Assembly: GCF_963921235.1 (NCBI RefSeq)
Contig: NC_086118.1
Coordinates: 27,468,001-27,532,000, forward strand
Direction: 5' to 3'
DNA: 64,000 nt
Source: Mobula hypostoma
Lineage: Eukaryota
Below, in pieces: positions 34,855 to 47,480 of the stretch. Every line of letters begins with the position of its first letter. The stretch's first letter is position 1. Position numbers and translations under genes: made by a program. The notes below the pieces were generated by a model, which did no database searches, was not told where the DNA came from, and saw nothing but the letters and a program-made list of their open reading frames with translations.

Positions 34855-37800
34855 TTACAGGGATAGTATGACCTGGTATGTGCAATATCTTTGTAACCCG
34901 ATAGAGCCAGAGGGAAAGGAGATGGTCCTCCCACAGCCAGGTATCCAAGTCCTAGTGAGGGAGCTGCCTGAAAAGGCAGGGTTTGCTCCCAGATGGGTAG
35001 GACCACGGATGGAACTTTTAATAAATGACTCAGTGAGGCAGCCAGTTGAAACGCGGGACTTAGGTTAACCATACAACTCACCTTCTTGTTGCCCCACAGA
35101 CAGAGCGGGGGATCGAGTATACTCAGTAACCATGTAATTGCAGAGAACCTAGGTAATGAACACCAGCTGGCTGCACCAGACCTGACACAGCTGATGGAAA
35201 CGCGCCCACAGCAAACAGGAAGGCAGAGGACACCAACAGAGCATGACAAAAAGCCATGAATTGCATGTTAAACTATAATGGTAATTAACGATGGTTGCTG
35301 AAGGTAGATGACTAGTTGTGTATCACAGAAAAGAAAAGATATTTTAGAAAATAACTGGGAAGGGATCCAAGTCACAGCAGGGACATCAGGTTCCACAACT
35401 TTGATGGTGTGGCAGAAAGAGAGAGAGAAGAAATTGCACACGGCATCTGAAAGCAGTCACCCCAGCATGAATGGGGAGTGAATACAAATGAGCTGGGCCC
35501 TTTTACGTTCCTGTTGCCCTTAGAAAGAGAGCTTTAGATACAGAGAATGAAGGGGTAAAGATAAAGAATGTGACCAAAACTGTAACTCATAATAATAATA
35601 TTGATCCTGAGTGAGAAATTCTTTCTTTACAGCAACAGCACTTAAAAACACATTTAGCAGTGTGCAAACTTAACTAATAATAATGTACAGAATAATACAA
35701 TACACAATATTAACTTACCAATGTGCAATAATTTGCAATAATATGCAATAATGATGTACAAAATAATAAAGCAGAGACTATTGTACTATAATATATGTTC
35801 TAATTGACCAGCAGGAAAGGAGGCACAGGCATACAAAATGACCAAGCTGCATTTTAAAAGAGCGTTGTTCAAATTTCTGGGACAATCTCTCTGCCTAGTG
35901 TCTTGTAGGTAGCCATTAGGGATGCAAATGTAGATGCACATAGAGTAATGAGAAGGAATTCTGAGGCACGGCATTTTTTACTATTGTATTTGAATAGATG
36001 CTCCTTAAGATTGGCCTTTCCTGGTACAAATTTATATCCGTCCAGGAGGGCCAAGAAGAGCGATGCTGACATGGTTATAGCTCTGAATTATGAAATTTCC
36101 TTCCAACCCTCATCTTCTTTGCCTTTTCTTAAAGCACTGCTTAATATTTAACCCATTGACAAAACTTTGATATTCTGTTAAATTGAAGATTAAATACAAA
36201 ACTTCAGATGCTGGAAATCTATAATAAAAACTTTGAACACTGGAAGTAATTGACAAGTTGTACAGCATGTGGAGGGGATGAAACAAAGTAGATTTTTCGG
36301 GTGACTGATCTTTGATGAAAGGAAATACTTCTACCAATTATTTCTGTCTGTACTTTTGTTAGAAATACTTTACATGAAGATAGAAGGATATTTGAATGCT
36401 TGAGCTTTGTGGGTGATGGGGAAATTGTGTAGAAGAGAAGTTCAAACAAGCATAGATTAGCAATATTATATTGATGTAGGATAGCTGTTTCAAGCCTGGT
36501 GACATGTTCCTGTTCATAGTTTCTGTTGTTCTTGAGATATTTTTGATGGAAGGGTTTCATCATCTGAAACATATAAAATCCTAATTGTTCTTGTAGTTCA
36601 TGGTAAGTAGTATTGCTAATATTGTAAAGAGGTTTTCTGAAGATATGGATAGGGAGCAGACTGTGAAATAGATTAATTTAGGTTTGATTGATGGAGAACC
36701 TGTTAAACACAGATTTATAATTTAATTTGCTCATTGAGGTAATCCAGTCAGCGCAATAAACTTATTCCAATATTTGGTGCTTTATGATTAAAATGTGATA
36801 TATATAGTTCTTTTGCAGAAGCTTAAGATGATCTTTAAGTTTGATTAAAGTTGATTAATTATCAAATATGGTGGACGAGATAATCGTAAAAATTTCATCT
36901 TTATTGTAGCTGCAATAATAATTATTCTGCCGATCTAGTTTATGACATAAATCAATTGGTGGCAAGTTTATCAATATCACTATTAAAAAATGCCAAACTA
37001 TTTTTAGCTGGTAAGCAGAACATGAAGCGACCTTTATCTGGGTGGCTCACCAAAGTTCATATCAAATTAATTTTACCATGATGCTGGAGGTTATGCCAAA
37101 TTTGAATCTAATGTGTAAAATATAGATTTACTGTGCCATTTGGCATCATTTCAACATCTACAGATTACACAGACTGAGAAAAATAGTAAACAAAAGATGC
37201 ATAGAAACTGACAGCAGGGAGACAAAAACAGCTCAGAGAAATGGCAGGTCCATGGCAAAGTTCAATACATAAAGGCATGAATGAGTTATTATGGTAAGAA
37301 AAGTGAGAGGTGGTGATAGGACAAAATTGTGCAACTTTAAGGAAATCTTATCTCGAGTAGGGTTATGTCTTTGTTATGACAGAGCATATGTGATAGTTGA
37401 CTTCATTAATATAGGGATTATATACAAAAAGGAGGTAATGGTCAACTTTATAAAACAGCTGTTCAGGCTCAGGGAGAAAAATGTTGACCAGACTTCACAG
37501 AAAGTGACAAGGCCTAAGAGAACGTGCATTAACAGATTTACGAGAACAATTTCAGATATGAGTTGCTTCATTGAAAATAGTGTGCAATTTATGGTAGTTT
37601 TCCTTCCAATAAAGAGCTTAAAAAAAGGATTTGATGCAGGAATTCAAAACTGTTTTGATAGAATTAGAGAAACTTTCTAATGACAGATGGATTAGTTACT
37701 GAAGAACAGATTAAAGCAAATAAGAAAAAAAGTCCTTTGGCCATTGGACTCTGGAATCATTGTATTCTAAGTTGTGAAAAGAAAGCCAGTAGGAACCTTC

Positions 37801-38415
37801 ATGAGAGAATTAGCTAGAATCCCAAGGAGGGAAAAGGAAGTGTACTAGAACAAAAGAGCTGGAACAGGCATGATGGACTATTCAGAACTGCATCACTTAT
37901 ATCATGCCAGGATTAAGATTGACATACTTGGATCATTAAAGGAATATCACTTATTTTATATTTATGCAATTTGTCATTCTAATATAACTATTTATACTGT
38001 GACCTAAATAAGGCACTTGTGGATTCCAACCTCAGCACCTGCTTGAACATTTCTTTGTGTTCTAGTCATTCATAATGATAACAGCCCGGTTGTCAGTTTG
38101 TATTTGGCATTCATTTTAAATAATTTACTTGCAGTAGTTAAAGCGAGGAAAAGTTATTGCAAGCATTATTACCAACCTTCTGTAGATTAAGTAGATTTTT
38201 AGAGATTTCAACCTAAAATTCATGCCATTATATTAATTAAAAGTTTTATGATATGTATTTGAATATTATTATTAGTTCATCTGAGACGTTTCCCCCTAGC
38301 AGAACTTCTATTAATAGTTAATACGGGAAGTCAAAAATGACTGTACTTGTCATGCAGATCATTAGCTGAAAATTAGTTTATGTACTATTACAATTAAAAG
38401 TTAGGATTAATATCT

Positions 38416-38451
38416 CACACACACAGACACAGACACACACACACACACACA

Positions 38452-38488
<37 letters not shown>

Positions 38489-38503
38489 CACAAACACACA
38501 CAC
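38416..38503. repeat. (CA)n microsatellite
   Basis: Directly visible, imperfect. Confidence 0.95.
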
Positions 38504-38504
38504 A

Positions 38505-38690
38505 AGAGGTGATTGATAAGTTCGTAGCCTAAAGTAGAAGGAGATGAGTTAGACAGCTCTCATTACATGCACATGCAGTTCAACTCTGAGTGATCATGCA
38601 GAAAGTTTGAAGTTAATTACTCATCAGTTAATAACTCATCAGGGGTGATTGATAAGTTTGTGGCCTAAGGTAGAAGGAGATGAGAGATAT
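38505..38690 (+). mobile_element. Possible mariner-derived fragment with duplicated terminal motif
   Basis: ~41-bp near-identical direct repeat GGTGATTGATAAGTT.GT.GCCTAA.GTAGAAGGAGATGAG at ~38508-38548 and ~38644-38684, flanked by (CA)n and (TA)n. Confidence 0.45.
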
Positions 38691-39870
38691 ATATAGCATA
38701 TTTATTGGAAGCTTTATTATCCTCCCACATCACTAAGATGAGAGAAACAAATATTTATTTTCAGCACTGATCTTTAATAAACCATTTCTTTATTAAGTAG
38801 AGATTACAATTCTATTGATATTTGTATAAGCAAAGGATTAAGTTATGCGTGAGTATATTGTGGAGACTGGAATAAGATTAATTGCAGTGAAGAGCAATCC
38901 ACACTGAACTGAAGCCAAGCCAGGAGTGAAAAAGGGAGAGAAAGACAATATCAGAGAAATTTAGATCACCGTTCCAAAAACAAAACAAAAATTGAGGCAT
39001 GCCAAAACAAAATAAGCAAGAGAAAGAAATGAAAAAAAGCAGATAATTGAAATAAATTTCAAATTTATTCTGTTTTACAAAAAAACAAAACTGGACATTA
39101 GTAGGATTAATTTACCACAGCCAGAAAGGTTCCACAGCATTAATTATTGTATTAACAGCATTTAAAGCTCCATTGCCTCTAAATATATTGGTCCTAACTT
39201 TGAAACCATTTTATGAATGTTGAACTGATGGTCAATCATTGTACATTACCATCATTGGAGTAATCAGATTGTTTTAGCACATTCCATGGAGAGTAAAATG
39301 CCACTAATAACTACTTCTGAATTTCGAGACACAGAAATAAAGAATAGAAGAAAATTAGGCCTTTTATATATCCTTTTATTTGTAGATGCTTTGCACATCT
39401 AGACATGTAGCTATCTCTGTTTAATACTTTCTCATTTCAGTACCAAATAACTTAACCGAATTCTGAGAATGTGGCTCTTTGTAACAGATACACCGGACAT
39501 GAGAATATCCTCTCCGAAATTACAATCATGTTTATTCCCTCTAGTGTACTGTATGTAGTGAAATTTGTCATTTTGCAACAGTAGTGCAGTGCCATAAATA
39601 AAAAAGAATCTATAATTTACAATAAGAAATAATTTAAAAATAAATAGTGCAAGAAAAGAGCAAAATAATGAGATATGTTCATGCATTCATGGACCATTCA
39701 GAAATCTGACGGTAGAGGGGAAGAAACTGTTCCTAAAATGTAGAATGTGTGTTTTCAAGCTCCTGTACCTGCTCCCTGATGAGAAGAGGGCATTTTCTGG
39801 ATGGTGAGGATCTTTAATTGTGGATGACAGCTTTTTGAGGAACTTCCTTTTGAAGATGCCCTTGAATGAA

Positions 39871-40559
39871 GGGAGGAGGAGAAGATGGCGGCATGACGCA
39901 GCTCGCAGCGGCCACTCCGGTGAATGATATCTGTTATCTGTCAAGTAGGGTGCTGTGCACAATCCTGATTTGATGGAGACAGACGTGAGAACCCAGAGGA
40001 ACATCTGGAGAAACTTCTGAAATGCCTTCTTCACTGCCAATGCTACTGTGTGATCCAGAATCTCTGGAGGAGAAGGCCCTGAGTGCTCGGCTTTGCTTGT
40101 TGCTCGGTGGCCGGGGCCGGGGTCGAAGTGCTCGGCAGAGATGGTGCTCGGTGCTCGGTGTTGGAGGTCTGGTCGGAAGCTCGAAGTTTTCGGTTGGACT
40201 CAGAGTCGGCTGTGGTCGAGTGCTTCCAATGCATCGGCAGTTGTCGGAGCCTGGAGTTTTATGGCAGGGAGAGTTTCTCCCTTTTGCTGCCTGCTATCGG
40301 GGCTATCGGGAGTCGATCAGAAATTTGAGACTTTTTTTACCGTGCCCAAGAACTGCTCTTTATCAAATTGTGATATTGCTTTGCACTGCTGTAACTATAA
40401 GTTATAATTATATGGTCTTGTCAGTGTTAGTCTTTGGTTTGTCCTTTTTTTTGTGATATCGCTCTGGAGGAACATTGTATCATTTCTTAATGCATGCATT
40501 TCTAGATGACAATAAATGAGGACTGAGTGTTCTCATAATCTAATCTAATCTAATCTAAT
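39871..40559 (+). mobile_element. ~690-bp non-autonomous retroelement, copy 2
   Basis: AAGATGGCG at 39882-39890 and a (TAATC)4 tail. Collinear with 34164-34854. Confidence 0.85.
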
Positions 40560-40733
40560 GTTGTGGAGGCTAGAGCCCATGATAGAGCAGGCAGAGTCTA
40601 CAACCATCTGCAATTTTTTCCATTTCTGTACATTGGAGCGTCCATCACTGATGTCAGCATGCTCTCCATAGTACATCTGTAGAAATTTGCTTGAGTCTTT
40701 GGTGACATAGCAAATCTCAGACTCCTAATGAAG

Positions 40734-41345
40734 TGTAACTCTTGCTTCGCCTAGTGGCTTAATATAGCGGGTGATAACCCCCGGACCGGCCAAACTTGAG
40801 AAATCTCGTTTGGGTGGATGCTGAGTGATGTGTCCCCTGTTACAAATCAGTACCCCGAAATAACAAACAGTACACAATATTAAATGATTAAGCCTTATAA
40901 CTCTTACTTTGACTATATGGTTAGTAGAGAAACAAAATAAAAGAAAAATAAGGGCCCAATCTTATTAAACAGTCTGTGCGCAAAATTAAAGCTCACTCAT
41001 AGGCAAATTGTTCACCATCGACCTCCTCCGATGGTCGCGGCCCTTTGGACCTTCGCTCCAAGTCCACCCCGTCCGGCAGTCTACCAAATCTCTCCATTCG
41101 CGTCTTCTCTCCTCATCTCTCTCTCTATGGCAAAAGCTTGCAAAATCAACTCCTTCCAGATTCACAAGACAGGACAACAAAATCCTGATTGGCTAACATG
41201 CATACCAGAGTCCTGTTATCTCCAGCCATAACCCAAACATTGCTGCTACAGAGAAACCGTTACCTCAGCAGTGAACATTACAGAGAAGCCATTCCATTAG
41301 CCTTAGCAGTGAAACATTACAGAGAAGCCATTACAGCGCATTACA
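40734..41345. mobile_element. Solo LTR (Gypsy-like), 612 bp
   Basis: Termini TGTAA...TTACA, 4-bp TSD GAAG (40730-40733, 41346-41349), internal tandem repeats near 41240-41345. Host Rex1 sequence rejoins across it. Confidence 0.9.
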
Positions 41346-42434
41346 GAAGTATTACCATTCATGTGGTTTCTTTGTGATTGTATCAATATATTGGGCCGTG
41401 GATGGGTCCTTTAAAATGTTGACGCCCAGAAAATTGAGCTGCTCACCCTTTCCACTCCTGACTCCTCACTGAGGACAGGTGTGTGTGTGCTCCTGACTTC
41501 CCCTTTCTGAAGTCCACAAATTATTTGCTTGGTGTTACTGACAATGATTACAAGGTTCACATCCAGTCTTAAAGAATTGTGCATTTCAGATAGGTTCTCT
41601 CTCATTCTTCTAAACTGGTGAATACTATGGAGGCACAAAAAACTGCAGACGCGAGGATCTGAAGCAAAAAAAGTTCCAGGTGAAGACGACTGACCTGGCA
41701 TATTAACTATCCACTTCTGCCTACGGGTGCGACTTGGCTCGCTGAGTTCATCCAGCAGATTGATTATTGACCTAGTGAATACAAACTTAGTTGGCCTCAT
41801 TTCTCTTCATACCGGGAATTCATCTAGCAAACCTTCATTTCACATCATTTTTGGCAAGTATATCTCTTCTTGGTTAACGAGACCAATGGTGGGCACAATA
41901 TTTCACATGTGGTCTCATTAATACTGAAATCCTCTTTTTCACCCATACTGAAATCCCCCTTTTATGAATGTATATATACAAGTTGCCTTACACCAACACT
42001 CCACAATCTACCATTATTTAAATAACACTCTTGTTTGCCGACTGAAGTTAACTTCACATTTATCTATATTACACTGCACCTGTCTTGCCATTATCAATAT
42101 ACACTGTCTGTTGAAGAACCTTGATGCTTCTTTGCATTCTCCTCACAATTCAGAATCCCACTCAGTTTAATGTCAGAAGACTTTTAGATATTGCGCTCCT
42201 GACCTTTCATGCACATCCTTATTATGAAAGGCTAAGCCACAGGAACTGATCCCTGCTGTACTTCCACCAGTTACCAAATGTCAAACTGCAAAAAGATTTA
42301 TTTATTCCTACTGTTTTTCCCTGTCTGTCAACTTATTATACATTCATATCTAGGCATTACCTCCAATACTATTTAGTTTAATTGAATACAATAACATTTT
42401 ACCTAAAAAAGTATTAAACTCAAGTGCACCACAT

Positions 42435-43180
42435 TGAATTGAATTGAATTGACTTTATTACTTACATCCTTCGCATACATGAGGAGTAAGAAACTTTACG
42501 TTACATAGCCGTCTAAATGTGCAATGTGCCATTTATAGTTATTTGTAATAAATAGTATGTACAACATGACAGTCAGTATAGCTTAGAAATACAGTTGTAT
42601 CAGTGTGAATTAATCAGTCCGAGGGCCTGGTGGAAGAAGCTGTCCCGGAGCCTGTTGGTCCTGGCTTAGATGCAGAAGCACCGTTTCCCAGATGGTAGCA
42701 ATGGAACAGTTTGTGGTTGGGGTGACTTGGGTCCCAGTGATCTTTAGGGCCCTTTTTACACACCTGTCTCTGTAATTGCCCTGAATAGAGGAAAGTTCAC
42801 ATCTACAGATACACTGGGCTATCTGCACCACTCTCTGCAGAGCCCTGCGATTGAGGGAAGTACAGTTCCCATACCAGGCAGTGATGCAATTGTGTCCCTG
42901 TAGAAAATCCTTAGGATTTGGGGACCCATACCAAACTTCTTCAGCCGTCTGAGGTGAAAGAGGCTCTGTTGTGCTTTTCTCACCACAGCTCCGGAATGTA
43001 CAGACCACATGAGATCCTTGGTGATGTGTATGCCGAGGAACTTAAAACTGTTCACCCTCTCAACCCTAGATCGATTGATGTCAATGGCAGTTAGCCTGTC
43101 TCCATTCCTCCTGTAGTCCACAACCAGCTCCTTTGTTTTTGCAACATTGAGGGAGAGATTGTTTTCTTGACACCACTGGT
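42435..43180 (-). mobile_element. Rex1/Babar 3' fragment
   Basis: 'WCQENNLSLNVAKTKELVVDYRR..ERVNSFKFLGIHI..CITAWYGNC'. (ATTCA)n tail at ~42433-42452. Confidence 0.9.
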
Positions 43181-44206
43181 TCTTACTTATCTTACATGTT
43201 TTGTCACATGTTTCAAAATACAATGACAATCTTTTCTTTGTATGTTATTCCAAATGCATAAGTTTATTGAGATAGCATAAAACAAAAAAAAACAATGCAC
43301 AATATTGAGTAACAGCTGCAGAGATAGTACAGTGCAAGGCAATAACAAAGAAGATTGAAAGATCAAGAATTCATCTTTACTATTCAGGAAGTCCATTCAA
43401 AAGTTATATAACTGTGGGACAGAAGCTGTCCTTGAGCCTGTTGGTATGTGATTTCAAGCTTTTGTATTTTCTTCCCGGAGAGTGAAGAGAGGAGAGAAGA
43501 GAAAATGACCGAGTGGAATATGTGTCTAATTCTCAAGGCAATGGGAAGTGTGCACAAAGTGAGACCAGACTTGGACTTCTGTATACAGATATAGTCTCCT
43601 TACCTAATAAATCTCCTCTATCTGTAAAATCCTCAAAATACTCCAGTAAGACTGCCAAAGGTGATTTCTTTTCCAGGAATCATTATTGACTTTGTCAAAT
43701 TGAATTGATATATTTCAAGTATCCTGAATTAGAATCAGAATTGTTATCCCTGACATAGGTTATTATGTTTGCTGCGTTGTGGCAGCAGTACAGTGCAATA
43801 TACAAAATAAACTACAATGTTCATGGACATTAATATTGCTGAGAGTCACCAGAGGCTGGTAACCTGCATCACAAAGTGCCAATTGGAATTGTTCCCACAG
43901 ATCAAAATTTAACATAACTTAGAGAGAGAGAAAACAGGAAGCCACAGATTGGCTTGCCTAACACCAGTAATTGGGGGAATAATTGGGAGATTATTGACTT
44001 CCAGCATTATTAAATTCTCCTGCACTACTTTTGTATTAATCCTTATTACCTTTAGTTCCTCACCTTCATAAGAGGTTTTTGATTCGCTAACATTTCTGGA
44101 CGTAACCTGAGTTGTCTTCAATGGATTGAGAAACAATGTATTTGTCCAATTGCTCTCTTGTCCATCTTTTCTGAAATCAAATCAAATCAAATCAAATCAA
44201 ATCAAA

Positions 44207-44850
44207 GCTAATGTTGGCCTTCATCACAAGGGGAATTGAGTACAGGAGCAAAGAGGTCCTTCTGCAGTGTTGTACAGGGCCCTGGTGAGACAACACCTGG
44301 AATATTGTGTACAGTTTTGGTCTCCAAATTTGAGGAAGGACATTCTAGCTATTGAGGGAGTGCAGCGTAGGTTCACGCGGTTAATTCCTGGGATGGCGGG
44401 AATGTCATATGTTGAAAGATTGGAGCAACTGGGGTTGTATACACTGGAATTTAGAAGGATGAGAGAAGACCTGATTGAAACATATAAGATTATTAAGGGA
44501 TTGGACACGCTAGAGGCAGGAAACATGTTCCCAATGTTGGGGGAATCCAGAACCAGAGGACACAGTTTAAGAATAAGGGGTAGACAATTTAGAGCGGAGT
44601 TGAGGAAAAACTTCTTCACACAGAGTGTTGTGGTTCTGTGGAATGCTCTGCCTCAGAAGGCAGTGGAGGCCAATTCTCTGGATTCTTTCAGAAAAGAGTT
44701 AGATAGAGCTCTTAAAGATAGCGGAGTGAAGGGATATGGGGAGAAGGCAGGAAAAGGGTACTGATTGTGGATGATCAGCCATGATCACAGTGAATGGTGG
44801 TGCTGGCTTGAAGGGCTGAATGGCCTACTCCTGCACCTATTGTCTATTGT
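44207..44850 (+). mobile_element. Young CR1 3' fragment inside an older minus-strand CR1 relic (~43560-45470)
   Basis: 165-aa ORF 'LYRALVRQHLEYCVQFWSP..RRMREDLIETYK', (CTATTGT)2 tail, preceded by (AAATC)6. Confidence 0.93.
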
Positions 44851-46896
44851 CAAACCTGAACCCAATCCTCAGATTTGCTATTTAGTCTGGCAATATTTCT
44901 CTTCTGTGGATCTAATAATGTTCCTGACTTGTTTTGTAGCCATGATCGCGTCAGTTTTTTTTTTGTATTTTCATGCCAGGCTGTACTGTGTGATTGTTTT
45001 AGTTCTGGTGTTCACTCCATAATTGTTAACTGTTATGTATCCACCTATTAATGAACACCCCAATCTATCCAGAAAACTCACTTCTCATATTTTTTTTGTT
45101 TAGATTGCAGATGATAGTTTCAGATTCTGTTAAAATTTCCATCTCATTCAAGAATTCTGTTCTATCTTTTTATGATCGCTCTACCCTAGTGGACACCATA
45201 TGCCAAGATTATTGCCCACTACCCAGTATAGAAATAACCTGTCCTCAAATTTGCTGCTCAACATATTAATCCAAAAAACCACCCTGTACACATTCTAAGA
45301 ATTGTTCCTCCACAATATTGTTGCTGCTTTGGTCTGACCAGCCATGATTTCTGCAATATTCCCTTGCTTCATGAATTTTTAATTTCCTGCTTGATGCCGT
45401 CGCCAATGTTCCCACTACTATTTGGAAAAAAAAACTCCCTTCAAAATCTTCCATTCCAATTTCATTATTAAACAGTGCATGTTTCTCTATGAGATTTCTG
45501 TCCTATTTATCATGAACTGACTAAGAGTGTTGACAATCTCATTGAAAAATATGTGCTACTGCTTCAAAGTATGTGATGTGGCCTCAGAATGATGAGCTTC
45601 GAAGAGTCACAGTTTTCTCGAAATGTCCATATGATCTCAACAATCACCATTAGTATGTGAGGTAAAGTGGTAGTCTGACCAGTTATTTCAGATTATACAA
45701 TTCCTTCCTACATGCGATTGACCAAATAAATGCCAGACTTGCTCTGTTTGGTTTAATTTTTTTACAGGACTTGTTTTTCATATTTTTTGGCAGCCTGTGT
45801 CTGGCTCACAATACAATAGAAGGTATTTTGTTCACATCAGACTGGAACAAAGCATCCCATTTGTAAAATAATTAGTCTTCAAGTCGAGGCTAGCAAAGGT
45901 TAAAAATTGTGAAAATGTTAAATTAATTTTGATCAAAGATGTTTTTCCTTACTTCTCCCTTTGTTTCCTGCGGTGTTTCCACAGACACTGTATTAAATCC
46001 ATTCTGTAGAGATCGTGGTTTCTTATTCATTTGGTACTGTGTATACTCAAGACGGGATTACGAATATGATCAGGTGTTAGCATGTTACTGTATCATCATA
46101 AAGCTCATCTGTGTCTACATGTAGTTGCTGTATGAATATTTCTGAGGAATTAAGAGTGAACAGCATTATTATGCCCTGAGAGAACTGATGATATCTGTTC
46201 CTTGAGATCCAAACTGATTTTAATCCTGGGACTTACATCATCTGTACAATAAGTATACATATAAATGATACCATATAAGATGTATACAGCAGGCTGGGGG
46301 TAGGGGGTTAAGGGGGTGTTGTGACTAGCAATACATACTTATTTATTATAAATTACTATAAATTGCACATTGCATATTTAGAAGGAGATGTAACATAAAG
46401 ATTTTTACTCATGTATATGAAGGATGTAAGAAATTCAGTTCAATGCAATGTATAATACGGAATGAATGCTGAACACAGTGAACATGGGATGCTCAAGAGG
46501 ATGGCTGGGAATGAGATGGTGAAGGATATGCAATGTATCACGGTTTATTTGTGGAGACGGATGTCATTCAAAATCCTCATATAAGTAAAATGGAAATATA
46601 CATAAGTCATGGAAATTCTGATTGGACCAGGAGTTACACAGTGAATTTAACTAAAGGTGATAGAAGATGAAAATAGTTGCGCTTTATGGTAATGTCATCA
46701 AAACCAGTAGATCTCTAATATATCTAATAACATTAATGGACAAGGTTACGTATTGTAGATTTTTATGCATAACTTTAAAATGCATTTTTGAGCATTTTCT
46801 TCTCTTTCTTTTGGACAATTTGTATCAGCTACTGTGATTTTCATCAATATGAAATGATAGTTGTCAGGGGAATAAGAGTGCCACAATAAATTAATA

Positions 46897-47118
46897 CAGA
46901 TCCTCTTCAGCTTACAAAATGACGAATTTATTTACAGGGTTCATAGCAGCAAACGGGTTTTGGAAGAGCAGTGGAATAGGCTTGCCAGTTGTTGCAGGGT
47001 TGTATGCATCTTCTGTTGGGCGGGAAATCAATTTTCTGCTGCAATTCTGACTTGTGAACCGTTCAGGTTACAAGACGTTCACAAGATCAGAAGCTTCCCA
47101 TAACCTGAGGAGGACCTG
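46897..47118. mobile_element. Tigger/pogo-like MITE
   Basis: TA on both flanks. TIRs CAGATCCTCTTCAGCTTAC and (rc) CAGGTCCTCCTCAGGTTAT match 15/19. Confidence 0.7.
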
Positions 47119-47480
47119 TATATGTAAATGGATAAGACCATCTTTTTGCCTTTCTTTGATATTTTTCAGTTTGGGTAAGAATAATGTTAGCAGTGACAAT
47201 GAGAAACATTGCATTCAAACACAATTCAACATTTTCTTTACAGTTATACAATGAAATCTGAAATAGCTGAATTGTGGGAACCTATTTATTACATTATTAT
47301 ATTCTCAGTGAAGAAATGTTGAAGTCAACTTGACATCAACTGTTCAAGATTCAAAATTGTTCGATGTTATTTCCAGTATACAATTGTAAAGAAGAACAAA
47401 ATAATTATTACTCTCAATCCAATGCACCACAAAAAAAACAAAATAATATAAAGAACAAAAATTAAAAAACATAATAAATA

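Larger units (their letters stand above)
33300..35570 (+). mobile_element. Internally deleted endogenous retrovirus/LTR element relic (PBS-Leu, Gag zinc knuckle, integrase)
   Basis: AATAAA then an LTR-like end ..ACA (33473), PBS at 33476-33493, CX2CX4HX4C 'CFVCWQLGHIARNC' (33604-33645), integrase 'PYHPQSSGVAERMNQTIKNTL..LGLTPNELY' and 'QVLVREL..FAPRWVGP'. Outer boundaries uncertain. Confidence 0.8.
39520..41530 (-). mobile_element. Decayed Rex1/Babar LINE hosting two younger insertions
   Basis: 'SSTIKDPHHPENALFSSGSRYRSLKTHILHFRNSFFPSTVRFLNG'. Continues at 40560-40733 and 41346-41530. Confidence 0.75.

Noticed and set aside
41240..41345. CRISPR-like or regulatory repeat array (also 38508-38684 and 51722-51890)
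   Set aside because: Only 2-3 imperfect units inside transposon sequence, no unique spacers or cas genes, eukaryotic context.
45939..46124. Polypyrimidine tract plus CAG acceptor and a 61-aa ORF
   Set aside because: No convincing donor site and no recognisable protein.
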